From the NCBI RefSeq assembly GCF_001194135.2, contig NC_068982.1, forward strand, positions 98,171,698 through 98,211,421: a stretch of 39,724 bases of DNA. Direction: 5' to 3'. Positions 11,578-23,490 of this stretch are shown here, in pieces. How positions within the stretch are numbered: the stretch's first letter is position 1; each line of letters begins with the position of its first letter. Made by a program: the position numbers and the translations under genes. The stretch comes from Octopus bimaculoides. Taxonomy: Eukaryota. A model generated the notes under the pieces. It saw nothing but the letters and a program-made list of their open reading frames with translations, ran no database searches and had not been told where the DNA came from.

Positions 11578-13077
11578 CGATGGAGTGTTGAAAAGAGCGA
11601 AGAGAGAAGATTAATTCCCGTTCACGGCGAAGACGGGAGTCCGGATGGCCCCTGTGCAAGGACAATCTAAATACAGACAAGTGTTGTAAAGAATGCCCAG
11701 TAGAGCGGAAATGGCGCGAGACCGGGGTGTCGTTGCCGAGTCTGATGTTTCGGAGGTGTTCCGCGAACCGGTCAGCCAAGCGGCGTCCCATTTGACCGAT
11801 GTACAGAGAAGGACAGAGAAAGCAGGAGATGCAGTAGATGACGTTGCTAGAAGTGCAGGTGAAGGAGTCAGCGATATGATAGGGTCGATGATGGGTGCCT
11901 GTGAGGATCGTGGTGTTGGAGAGGTAAGGGACAAGTGCAGCAGCGTGGGCGGGAGCAGGGAAACGAGCCGGGTTGGGAGGTTGGGCTAGGGAAAAAACTG
12001 TGGACCAGGAGGTCACGTAGGTTGTGGGCTCGTTTGAGAGAGGGAAGAGGTCGGTTAGGGAAGATGTGCGAAGTGGAGGGGTCGGATTAGAGTCACCGGA
12101 AGGCTCGGATAATAGTGCGTTGAAGAGGTATGGTGGAGGAGTGGTAGGTGAGGGGAAACGGGAGACGGGTGACGGCGGGGTGGGTGCGGGGAGAGAGAGA
12201 GCATATGTACGGTCCACGGAAGTGCTCTGGCAAAGGTGATGTGGACAGTGATGAGGGGATATCCACGAAGGATGAAGTGGCGAGCCATGAGTTGAGATTG
12301 AGTCTCAAAGTTATGGTTGTCACTGCAGAGCCTGCGCAGACGGAGGAATTGGAAGTAGGGGATGGAGAGCTTGGTATGTTTAGGGTGGGAGGAGGCGAAG
12401 AAGTTGAGGTATGAGTGTGAGTCGGTGTGTTTGTAGTGGATGGAAGTGGTGAGAGTGGAGTGATGAATGCTGACCGAAATGTCAAGAAAAGTGATATAAG
12501 TGTTAGACATAGTGCAGGAGAATTCGAGGGCAGGATGGAAAGATTTGAGGTCGCACCGATACAGTCGTCAATATAACGACCGTATAGTTCGAGATTGGGA
12601 CCAGTGAATCTTGAGAATATTTGGGCCTCAACGTAGCCAACGAACAGGTTCGCACAGTTGGGGTCCATTCTCGTTCCCATGGCCACTCCCGAGAAATGTT
12701 GGTAAAAATCAACCGCGAACGAGAAGCAGTTAAGGGAGAGAACAAGTTCGGCCAGACGAAGTGTGGATGTGTCAGGTTGGGGGTTGGGTTGAAGGTCAAG
12801 GTAGTGTTTGAGGGCAAGAAGCCCCTTGAGGTGCGGGATCACTGTGTAAAGGCTCTTGATGTCAAGAGTGAAGAGAAGTTTAGAGAGACCAGGAGGGAAG
12901 GAGAAAGAGTTGAACAGACGAAGAGCATGGTTAGTGTCATGGATGTGAGAGAAGAGGGAAGCCACTGGGGAGGGGGGCAGGGACATGGTCAAGATATTTG
13001 GAACTGAGTTCCGTGCGGCAGTTGCTGGCGGAGATGATGGGGCGGCCAGGGTTGTTAGGCTTGTGGATTTTGGGGNN
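11578..13077 (-). mobile_element. Penelope-like element (Neptune-type): reverse transcriptase plus GIY-YIG endonuclease, frameshifted; the 5' part runs into an N gap
   Basis: RT motifs LFTLDIKSLYTVIPH, GVAMGTRMDPNCANLF and YGRYIDDCIG. Thumb region FLDISV...SSHPKHTKLSIPYFQFLRLRRLCS. Cys linker PGSFPCSRPRCCTCP (about 11925-11975, alternative frame). GIY-YIG NVIYCISCFLCPSLYIGQMGRRLADRFAEH. Spread over at least three frames. Confidence 0.93.
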
Positions 13078-13573
13078 NNNNNNNNNNNNNNNNNNNNNNN
13101 NNNNNNNNNNNNNNNNNNNNNNNNNNNNNNNNNNNNNNNNNNNNNNNNNNNNNNNNNNNNNNNNNNNNNNNNNNNNNNNNNNNNNNNNNNNNNNNNNNNN
13201 NNNNNNNNNNNNNNNNNNNNNNNNNNNNNNNNNNNNNNNNNNNNNNNNNNNNNNNNNNNNNNNNNNNNNNNNNNNNNNNNNNNNNNNNNNNNNNNNNNNN
13301 NNNNNNNNNNNNNNNNNNNNNNNNNNNNNNNNNNNNNNNNNNNNNNNNNNNNNNNNNNNNNNNNNNNNNNNNNNNNNNNNNNNNNNNNNNNNNNNNNNNN
13401 NNNNNNNNNNNNNNNNNNNNNNNNNNNNNNNNNNNNNNNNNNNNNNNNNNNNNNNNNNNNNNNNNNNNNNNNNNNNNNNNNNNNNNNNNNNNNNNNNNNN
13501 NNNNNNNNNNNNNNNNNNNNNNNNNNNNNNNNNNNNNNNNNNNNNNNNNNNNNNNNNNNNNNNNNNNNNNNNN

Positions 13574-13665
13574 NCATTCGTGTTTTCTCTGACCGTTTTT
13601 TTTTATTTCTTGTTCTCTTTTCTTCTCTCTTAGATGAATGATATTAACCCGAAACGTTAAAACCA
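13574..13665 (+). mobile_element. Probable Penelope pLTR remnant with a degenerate hammerhead-like motif, antisense to the adjacent ORF
   Basis: A pyrimidine-rich leader is followed by tagatgaatg-atattaa-cccgaaacgtt, resembling CTGATGA..stem II..GAAACGTH. The layout matches the motif at 27586-27622. Confidence 0.45.
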
Positions 13666-14242
13666 TTTCTATTCTATTTAAACGTCAAACTAATAGTATT
13701 TTTTCTTAAGGTATTTTGTTTTCACTGTGCTGGTTTTTTAAAAAAATCCTTCTTGGCGTTCCATCTTAAAAATACGTGCACACAGGCTCATGTGCATTGA
13801 TAAACACACGCATATAAAGAAAAGGCAAACAATAATAAATGATTAAATAAAAAGAAGTAAAACCGAAATGACAGAAGTAGACAGAATGCAGGGCAGATAT
13901 TTAACTGTCAACAGTAACAATATTGATTATGGCGTTTCGCGCTCACCTTTTTTGCAGAGAAGTCACAGATCAGAGAAATTAAAACACGATTCTTCAGAAT
14001 TGGATGAAACGTGCTGATTCAGACCAAAAGTTTCCCAAGATTGCTTACAATTGCAGACGATTGGTCAGGTTTGTTTCTTCAAATGCGGTAATTTGATAAC
14101 TATTAAAGAACTTCTAATTACATTCTATAAATCATTGATTCTGTTCTGCCTACATACATACGCACACATACACATATACAGTCGTGCACACACTCGTACA
14201 CACACAAACACATGTATCTATGTATGTCGGTATTCATGTGTA

Positions 14243-14294
<52 letters not shown>

Positions 14295-14896
14295 GTCTGA
14301 ATGAGTACATTGGCACATACAAACGTGCACCCATGCATACATATATACCGTCTGTTTGTGTGTGACCGTGTGTGTGTTAGTCTGTGTGTACCTGTGTGTC
14401 TATGTGTGTATGCCAATATATACATGTAGCAATTGTATTGAATGATAAATGTTCATTATTGCACGATTTCTGTTTCAAACTTAAGAGAAACGTTACTAAA
14501 AAAAAAAAAAAGAAATTTCCCATTATCCCACAACTACTGCTAGCATTAATATGGTGAATGTCATCTGCTCTGACGTCTAATTGTTAATTCAAATACAAGT
14601 TTGTACGTGACGTTTTTTTAAACTTATAGGAACTAGTGAGCAGTAATTGAGAAAAGTTGATATGGGTCTTACGGCATGGATAGCACGGCGATGAATAGCT
14701 TTCTACAGAGAGCGGTTTTCTTCAAAGAAAGATTAGAGACTGAGTCATCCAGTCTCTTATTGTTTCCTCTCTTGTAAGTCAATTAACGCACAACCACAAG
14801 AATCATGTGATCTATGGTCTGTCATTGAAAAATTTTTCTACAAATTTGGCAGGAAGTGTAATATTTCATCCAGATTTTTCCAGTGTTTATGAGCGC

Positions 14897-14966
14897 CATC
14901 TACCAAATTCACTCACAAGACATTGACCGGTCTGAGGTTATAGTAGAAGATACTTGTCAAAAGTGT
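14897..14966 (-). mobile_element. SINE family A internal fragment, truncated at the TTAGGG array
   Basis: tctaccaaattcactcacaagacattgaccggtctgaggttatagtagaagatacttgtcaaaagtg matches the family A block tctaccaaatccactcacaaggctttggtcggcccgaggctatagtagaagacacttgcccaaggtg. Confidence 0.75.
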
Positions 14967-15183
14967 TGGGTTAGGGTTTTAGGGTTAGGGTTCGGGTTTT
15001 AGAGTTAGGGTTAGGGTTTTAGGGTTAGGGTTGGGGTTAGGGTTAGGGTTAGGGTTATAGTTATGAGTTATAGGGTTTTAGGGTTAGGGTTAAGGTTATG
15101 GCAAAAATAATCATAACCCTAACCGTAATCCTAAAACTAACCCTAACTCAAAAACCCGAACCCTAACCCTAAAACCCTAAAGC
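14967..15183. repeat. Interstitial inverted telomeric-type array (TTAGGG)n-(CCCTAA)n
   Basis: G-rich arm 14967-15100, 11-nt spacer gcaaaaataat, C-rich arm 15112-15180. Confidence 0.92.
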
Positions 15184-15625
15184 TAAAACCAGTACAAACG
15201 CACGAACGATGTCATAAATAACAGTGACAAACGAAAAATATAACACTGATAGTTGTTGTTGACAACGGATAGTTTTTGTTGACAAACAACGACACTAATT
15301 TTATTCAAGGGAAAAGATCTCCTGACACCGTTGTTTACATTCCACGGCGTAATTGTTTTCACCTCAATAGACGTCAGTGATTGGTTGAGATTACCGAAAT
15401 ACGACAATTTTTTACATGAAATAACTTTGAATACAAAATTTTTTTATCCGTTCTATAACACAAAATATACAAGTATTCGAAGTTTGAAAGTGTTTCGGTA
15501 CCAAAAACACTACATAAAAAAATGTTGCCCGTCAAACCAAAAAGATCCAAATGATCAAACTTTAAGCCTCTACAACTTTTTAAAAACATTTTTCTGGAAA
15601 AAATAAAATAACTCCAGCATTTCAG
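15184..15625. repeat. Unclassified interspersed repeat adjoining the CCCTAA arm
   Basis: The block tgattggttgagattaccgaaatacgacaa...agtattcgaagttt recurs at about 15880-16015. Confidence 0.6.
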
Positions 15626-16079
15626 TTTGGGCAAAGTGTATTATTGTACCAAATTAAAAAAAATTCGGTACACTTTAATTTTTGGAGTCGCTGGCAACCA
15701 AACAGAAAAGATCCCCGGACTATCTTTGATTATAGGTCTGCTTGATTAGAGATGACCTGGAGTTAAATAACATTATCAACACCATTATTATTGCTATTTT
15801 AGTAGAGATGACCCGGAAGTTGTTCCTCTTCGATTACTATCGCAAGCAGCGGTAGCTTTCTTCAACCGAATACACGTCGTTGATTGGTTGAAATTACCCA
15901 AATACGACAACTCTAACACGAAATAACTTCTAAAATACGAAATTTTGTCAAAAACGTTCTGAGTTAACCGTGTTCTACGTGAGAAATTCTACCAGTATTC
16001 GAAGTTTCAAACTGTTTAGTTAAAAAAAATTAATTAAAATATCTGTGGTTGAGATGGAATAGATCCACACTTTCACTGC

Positions 16080-16560
16080 TATCACACACTATCACCAGCA
16101 ATAGCACCACCACCACCACCACCACCGCCATCACTATCACTATCAGTATTGATATCAGCAAAACTGCCATTAACACTCTCACTGCCATTATCATTATCAG
16201 CACCATTCTCACCAATACTAGCTTCATTGTTTAAGTTTTCATTATCACCACCACAACAACAACCATCGTCACAACCAAAACTATCAAAACTACTACTACC
16301 ACCACTTGCACTACCACCAAATCCACCGCCTCCAGCAACAGCAGCTTCATTACTAACATAAACGTTACTTCTACTTTCAGCGCCGCCACTGCGTCGATTA
16401 ACCCCACATCCACAGTTTATATCCTCAATTCCTTCCACTCTTCTTTCTCTGAATCATTACCTCGGCCACTACCACCACCAGCACTACTCTCACCATCACC
16501 AGTAACGACAATAAAAATACTATCTCCATCAACATCACCATCATAAACATCATTAGTGTA
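16080..16560. repeat. Low-complexity (CAC/CAT/CAA/TAC) trinucleotide tract
   Basis: Direct reading; gives poly-T/poly-V/poly-G pseudo-ORFs. Confidence 0.85.
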
Positions 16561-17116
16561 GCCCATCCAACGAACTTGAAACCGATTCCAAGAACCAATC
16601 CTCAACATTATTTAAATCACTAGACAGGAAGAATACGATTTACAGAAAGCTGAGGTTGACATTTTACATATTTTTCTCAGCAGCATTTCCACGAGATTTA
16701 TACAGCTTTTCTTCTTTCTTTTCTCTTTCTCTCTCCTTCAGGTCTTACTTTCTTCTTCTCCCCCCTCTCTCTCTCTCATCTAGCATTACCATCCTTACTC
16801 CAAAATCTCCCGCTGTTATTCATTCAAGAAGAAATTCATTCAGAAAAACCACTCAAATCAACAAACAAAGAAGAAATTGTTAAAAGACAGAAAAGTGATG
16901 AATTACAGCAGCCGGTTGGTTTATTTACGTCTGCGCACAAGAAAGGAAGTGTTTATCGCTTAGAAAACATTATTACCGATTTCACTAGCTTGCTCTAAAT
17001 GTTCTTAATGTTCATAGGCGTGAGTCGCTGAACCTGAAGGAATTGGATGAAAACGTTCGCTACTAGCAAACATAAGCAACAACTGCTGGAAACGCTAGCT
17101 CATGGTACAACTAGCT

Positions 17117-17430
17117 CAGTGGTTCTTAACTGAGGGTTCATATAAGATTTTTGGAGGTCCACGCAACAAAATAATAAATCGGCGATCCACGATAGTGCTT
17201 TAAGAGCCCCTGAAAAGATTTCACTTTAGATATATGTATTGGAATGTATTGCAAGAAACAGCTAGGTTCCTTTCCCTAACATTTTGCATAGTTCAACATA
17301 CACAAGTTAATGTGTGAAGAACAAAATAGGAATTTTGAAAGAAGTTTCCATGAAACTAGTTTTAAAACATCGAATGGTTATGGGGGTTCACCAGAATAAA
17401 ACATGGATAAAAAATGGTTGAACACCCTTG
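17117..17430 (+). mobile_element. hAT (Charlie-like) MITE, degenerate
   Basis: The left end cagtggttcttaac and right end aaaaatggttgaacacccttg resemble Charlie-type TIRs (cagtggttctcaac...gttgagaaccactg). The left flank 8-mer aactagct is CTAG-centred, but the right TSD is not preserved. Confidence 0.5.
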
Positions 17431-17596
17431 CACATAATCTTTGGCAGCTCCACCATGCCTACCGTGTCTTAGAGTTCACGAAAGTAACAAATATAGTTCA
17501 GATGTTAAGCATAGGGATCGGAATGATGGGGACTTTATGCCCTAATATTCTATAAGCTATTGTTACGGAATTTAAATTCCTGATGTTTTTGGCATT

Positions 17597-18027
17597 CTTT
17601 CTTTTATCTTTTATGTTTTGCTTGTTTCGGTCATTGGATTGCGGCCATGCTGGGGCATCAAATCGACACCAGTACTTATTTTTTAAAATCTGGTACTTAA
17701 TCTCTCCGACTCTTTTTACCGAACCAGTAATTTACGGGGACGTACACAAACCAGCATCGGTTGTCAAGCAGTTGCAAGGGAACAAACATAAACTCAAACA
17801 CACATATAAATACACACTCACGCACATTGACACATACACACAGATACACACGCAGACACATACTTAGATACACACACACGCTCACACACATATATCATGT
17901 CGATGGTCTTCTTTTAGTTTCTGCCTACCAAATCCACTCCATACTTGCCCAAGATGCCGCGTAATAGAACAGAACCCAAGGCGACATGGTTAGGAAGCAA
18001 GCTTCTTAACCACACAGTCACACCTGC
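17597..18027 (-). mobile_element. SINE family A, diverged full-length copy
   Basis: Tail, Meta-like block, internal CA tract and tRNA head are collinear with 7626-8030. Confidence 0.85.
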
Positions 18028-18525
18028 GAAACATTGGTTTCAGTTTTTCTATCGTTGCGTTGGAAAATAGGAATTACACCCTAGACCATGGAAATAGCCT
18101 GATGCATTTATGAATTCCTCAAGGTCGCTATGAATTTTTCAACATTAAAAGCAATAAACAAGATTAAAAAGATCGTGGACTCAGCTCACTGTGGAAGAAA
18201 GTCTGACTTCTACTCAACGGAAGTCATAACCCATATATCTAATAATGATTTCCTTTGTAGTCAAATGCCTCAGATTTTTAGATGAGATGAAGAGGATGCT
18301 GTGATGCCAACGCCTTTCTCGAGAACATTAATAATTCCAGTAACAATTTTCCACATTGCCACATTTCAAATTGAGGACAAGGCTAATTGAATCAAATTTA
18401 TGTTTAGTGTTACTTTGATCAGCTCCAGAATACCCCAAAAAGGTTTGATAAAATAAGTCGATTTTTTGCGAGATTTGAAACCAGGATGTAAGAGAAGAAG
18501 ACAAATATTGTAGGCCGTTTAGTGT

Positions 18526-18746
18526 CTTTTACTCTTTTACTTGTTTCAGTCATTTGACTGTGGCCATCCTGGAGCACCGCCTTTAGTCGAGCAAATCGAC
18601 CCCAGGACTTATTCTTTGGATGCCTAGTACTTATTCTATCGGTCTCTTTTGCCTAACCACTAAGTGACGGGGACGTAAACACACCAGCATCGGTTGTCAA
18701 GCGATGTTGGAGGGACAAACACAGACACACAAACATATACACACAC

Positions 18747-18795
<49 letters not shown>

Positions 18796-18957
18796 CATAT
18801 ATACGACGGGCTTCTTTAAGTTTCCGTCTACCAAATCCACTCACAAGGCTTTGGTCGGCCCGAGACTATAGTAGAAGACGCTTGCCCAAGGTGCAACGCA
18901 GTGGGACTGAACCCGGAACCATGTGGTTGGTAAGCAAGCTACTTATCACACAGCCAC
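18526..18957 (-). mobile_element. SINE family A, full length
   Basis: Near-identical to 7626-8030 outside the microsatellite. Confidence 0.92.
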
Positions 18958-19869
18958 GAATCAATTCAGAAAAAGAAAAATCTCAAAATACTGAATGTTC
19001 CAACAGTGATATTTACTGTTAAACCGATAAGTTTATACATATGTGAAACCAGAAGTAAAATATATTATATTTTAGAATTCCTTTTATTTTCTTTCTCCTC
19101 TCCTAATGCTATCAGCGGTTAAATGACATTTCCTCTCGTACGTGATATCAACAGTTATGTTGATATACTGATATAAAAAGCTAACTGCCTGAGGTTGCTG
19201 GTTTTAGGTTATTGATTTTGAGTCAGTGTTAACAAGCTGAGATCAGCTTGTTAACCGGTAAGAACCAATAAATACATAAAGAAATGGAGATTAGTTTGTT
19301 TCTAGGTATAGTAACTGATGAAAGGCAATGAAGTGAACAAAAATTATTGACTTTATGTTTTGAAGAAAGCTTATGCAAATGACAAGTCACTAGTAAATAA
19401 TTTGCTATAGGATGTGAACTGCGTTTGAAGAGTACACTTTATCTGCAGGAGATGCACACACGCACGCACGCACGCACGCACTCACACACACACAAGCACG
19501 CGAGCACACACACGCACATACACACACACATGCACACGCACGCACATAGATACACACACACACGTGTATAATATATCAGCAGGATGATATTGAAAATGGT
19601 CGCCAAAATCTGTCTAAATTATATTGAACGATCCATTATGTATGCATACACCCCATCATCCTACACGCGTATACACAAACACAGACATGTACATAATTAT
19701 TTTTCTCTGTTACAAACAACGACATCAAACCTCTTGTATTTACACCTAGTTGAAGTTTTGATTGGAAATTTCCACCTAAGCCTCTTGTGTCGATAGGTAT
19801 ATATGTATATATGTATATATATCAGAAGTATTATGTCTATGTAGACCAGAGCATTCTTTTCTATAGTTA

Positions 19870-20800
19870 GCTTTTTACATTATTTTACCATCATGCCGCA
19901 ATAGGATGTTCCATTTTAATAGCACTTTTGGGCAGCTGCTAATACGTGTAATATTTTACTCAAAATATATAACATAATCGATATTTTCGCTCTCATCTTG
20001 AGGATTTATAAGCTTCACTGTCTCTTTTGTCCATGAATTATTTTGCAGTTATCTCCTACTCTTGAATTGCAAGAGCATAATCTTCGAAACGTAACGTTAG
20101 TGTAACAGACAAGTTTAACAAAAAGCAATATTTTTCGTATCATACTCAAGTTACGAGAGGATACCTATTCAAATCCCTTGCAGATCCTCTTTTGGTGTAC
20201 TATGAAGAAGGATTCATGTCTAAGTTTAGTTAAGATGTACTATTCCAGTAAATTCTGGTGTTGCGTAGAGACCATCGGAAAGGGAATACTTGTGAATATT
20301 ACCTGCCCGTAGTACTTCACTTAGTTCTCAGCACTTAGTTGTTATATTTATTTTTGCAGCTTCTGTTGGGTAGAGGCTGTAAGTGCAATACGAAACTCAA
20401 AGTTCGTCTGCACTAATTCTAAACTATTCCTTTACAATCTTCTTTTGAGATAGAATTTGTCAATATCACTAGCACACTGGAGGGTTGCAGTTGGTATGAA
20501 GATCTTTCAGATTTTGATATCCATGGAGTGGTTTTACTATATAGATCAGTGAACCATTTCAGGTTTTGGCACTGGTACTGGTCCTGAAAATGAAATATTA
20601 TGAAATATTTTTCTGTTGCGAGAGGAAAATTTTGACTGTCATTTTATTCTAAGTTCCGTTATAATATTCACTGGGATTTCAGAACACCTTTGTGTGGTAC
20701 ATCTTTGTCAAAGCCTCGGTAATTGTAATAATCGTTGAGTGACAAGAAGAGATATTCCATTAAAGTAAAGGATTTGGGGTTTAGGAAGCAGTTTTTATTT
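19870..20800 (-). mobile_element. Highly degenerate LINE relic, R4/Dong-like C-terminal region
   Basis: Minus-strand remnants LRFEDYALAIQE*EITAK (about 20045-20094) and ITRISSCPK...LRHD (about 19890-19955) resemble the 'AIQEQEI' and zinc-knuckle 'HIISSC...RHD' motifs of restriction-like-endonuclease LINEs. The upstream boundary is uncertain. Confidence 0.4.
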
Positions 20801-21243
20801 TCGTTCAGCTATTCTTTTGGCAAAATTCCAGTCCCAGAAAATGTTAGTAAATACAGATGTTTCTCGGCATTATAAATGTTTTCTGTATATATCTTCGAAT
20901 TATTCACAAAGAAATCATGGATTACATTGATGTCTTTGCTATTGTAGACCATAACACATAACTGCTGGATATTTGTTAAAGAAATGACAATGGAATTAGT
21001 GCCAATATAAATAAAAGTTCAGACAGACTGTCTCTTTGGAATATTCATTGCGAAATGCGTTTCTGGCATTAATTTTTATATGTATGTATAAATGTATGTA
21101 TGCCTGAATGCATATTGCACCCGTGTATGTATGTATGTATGCGTTTATCTGTTTATATGTACATATGTTTGTTTGCTTATAGATATGTTTGTGTGATATG
21201 TTCTCCGTTTGTATTTTTTACTTCATGTGGATAAAAAGCACAA

Positions 21244-21275
<32 letters not shown>

Positions 21276-22151
21276 GCGCACACACACACACACACATGCA
21301 CACATATACACATATATAAACTCTCCTGTCTGTTGTATTTTACCAAACTGTGAACTCTTGTATAACCTCTTATGTAACATGCAGTCATTGATTGACCTTG
21401 CATAGATCTTTCCCGTTTATGGCAAATGATTTTGATGTGGATTAAATTATAGCTTTTTTTTGAAAGTTTGATATGAATAGATGATGAATCATTTGTCATT
21501 AGTTGCCTGATAATCCTCACTGCCAAACAAAATTTTCCTTCGACTCTCTCTTTCTCACTCACTCACTCACTCTATTTCCCCACTCTCTCTGTCTTTCGCT
21601 GTCGTTTTCTCCGAGTCTCTCAAACACCAGTCACATACTCAGAGCATGAAAATTAAGATTCCTTACATAGAATTTACATATACATGCATGCGTTAATACA
21701 TACAATCATGCATACATGCATACATACGTACAACATATATACATACATACAAACATGCATACATTCACACAGACACAGACATACACGAACACAGACAGAC
21801 ACACACACAGGCATATATTAATCATGCTCGTATACATATGCAACACATATAAATATACACACATATATTCAGACACACACACACACATACTGACACATAC
21901 ACAAACACAATACAAATACGAAAGCAAATCATACAAATGCACATCTATGGTTATATGAGGAGTTGGTGTACGAAATTGTAAGCATCATACATTTTCTAAA
22001 GGCGTTTGTGACCTAATTAAACGAATTCTTGATAAGAATCAAAACTGGGCAACAGAGTCAGACTGTTGGAAGCGATTTCTATTTTCATCTTCCTCTATGA
22101 TTCTATAGGTACTAGTAATATACTTAGGTGAAACAGAAAACCTTATTAGGT

Positions 22152-22518
22152 CTAATGAATCCTCAGGCACCTCCCCCATAGAGTTTTATCAACAGCAGCT
22201 GTCATTAGACTTTCAGGATGGACTCCCATGCTTGACTAGCTGAGACTACGGGTATTATCCAACCATTTCGTTCTTCTACTGGTTGGCTCGGCTTGAAAAA
22301 TTCGTCTTGGGATTCTTTCCTGTAACATTTTAATCACATGCACGAAGTATCAAAGTTGTGACCTCGCAACGCGAAGAAGTAGCGACTCAACCTGGAGAGG
22401 CTTCTAGATCTTCGAGCTATGGGCTCTGTCGAGTAACGTTACTCCAGAGAAACTTCGGTGCAATACCATTTCGGCCGCTTGTATTCGCGATCACACACTT
22501 TCGGGCATTACCCAACAT
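22152..22518 (-). mobile_element. RTE-clade LINE 3' end relic
   Basis: Minus-strand translation QAAEMVLHRSFSGVTLLDR...QVESLLLRVARSQL*YFVHVIKMLQERIPRRIFQAEPTSRRTKWLDN matches the RTE C-terminal pattern. Confidence 0.8.
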
Positions 22519-22677
22519 TCTTGTGTTTTGAGGAATAGTTGACTATTATTTTTAATAGGCTAATCGACTACATAAAGTCTGACTTGTTGGTTCGAAGAGA
22601 AAAAAATTGATGGCCAAGAGAGCGAAGTACTGGACTAAATGCATTATATTACTCAGTTTCGTCTCTACTTTCGTGGT

Positions 22678-22897
22678 TACTCTTTTACTCGCTTTTACTT
22701 GTTTCAGTCATTTGACTGCGGCCATGCTGGAGCACCGCCTTTAGTCGAACAAATCGACCCCAGAACTTATTCTTTAGAAGCCTAGTACTTATTCTATCGG
22801 TCTCTTTTGCCGAACCGCTAAGTTACGGGGGACGTAAACACACCAGCATCGGTTGTCAAGCGATGGTGGGGGGGGGGACAAAAACAGACATAAACAC

Positions 22898-22928
<31 letters not shown>

Positions 22929-22982
22929 CATATCAGCATGGCCGCAGCTCTGAGCTGAAACTTTGAAATGAAATGAAATGAA

Positions 22983-23015
<33 letters not shown>

Positions 23016-23175
23016 TACGACGGGCTTCCTTCAGTTTCCGTCTACCAAATCCACTCACAAGGCTTTGGTCGGCCCGAGGCTATAGTAGATCACACTTGCC
23101 CAAGGTGCCACGCAGTGGGACTGAACTCGGAACCATGTGGTTGGTAAGCAAGCTACTTACCACACAGCCACTCCC
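22678..23175 (-). mobile_element. SINE family A, full length, with a nested insert in its microsatellite
   Basis: Collinear with 7626-8030; 22934-22984 is extra. Confidence 0.92.
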
Positions 23176-23224
23176 GAAATTTATTTTAGAAACGCCGCGT
23201 GTTTTATTGCACAAACAAAAATAT

Positions 23225-23440
23225 TGGTTTCAAATGTTGGCACAAGGCCAGCAATTGTGGGTGAGTGGGCTAGCTGATTATTTTGATCACAGTGTTCAAC
23301 TAGTACTTATTTTATCTACCCCGAAACAATGAAGGGCAAAGTCGACCCCGGTGGAATTTAAACTCAGAACGGAAAGTTGGAAAAAATGCTGCTAAGCATT
23401 TTCCCCATTGCGGTAAAGATTCTGCCAGCACAGTGCCTTA
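23225..23440 (-). mobile_element. SINE family B (MetaSINE-like core)
   Basis: gtacttattttatctaccccgaaacaatgaagggcaaagtcgaccccggtggaatttaaactc is the reverse complement of the family B core. Confidence 0.75.
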
Positions 23441-23490
23441 TTACAAGTAAAAATATTATAGTACACTTTGTACCAAACAAAATGTACAGC

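Noticed and set aside
14967-15183. Simple ancestral telomere-telomere fusion site
   Set aside because: Not favoured because both arms share the same ordered variant repeats, which independent telomeres would not be expected to. Kept as an alternative in the findings.
16030-16608. Thr/Pro/Val/Gly-rich ORFs resembling mucin or structural proteins
   Set aside because: They arise from a degenerate trinucleotide tract open in several frames on both strands, with no splice or domain support.
17025-17065. Hammerhead-like ctgaagga...gaaaacgttc
   Set aside because: No pairable stem II or stem I; could be chance.
18180-18400. Possible RT fragment (WHHSILF) on the minus strand
   Set aside because: Only one weak motif, too decayed to support a call.
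21020-21070. Helitron helicase motif (HFAMNIPKRQ resembling FAMTINKSQ)
   Set aside because: A short match with no downstream GQLYVALSR-type motif, and a stop follows immediately.
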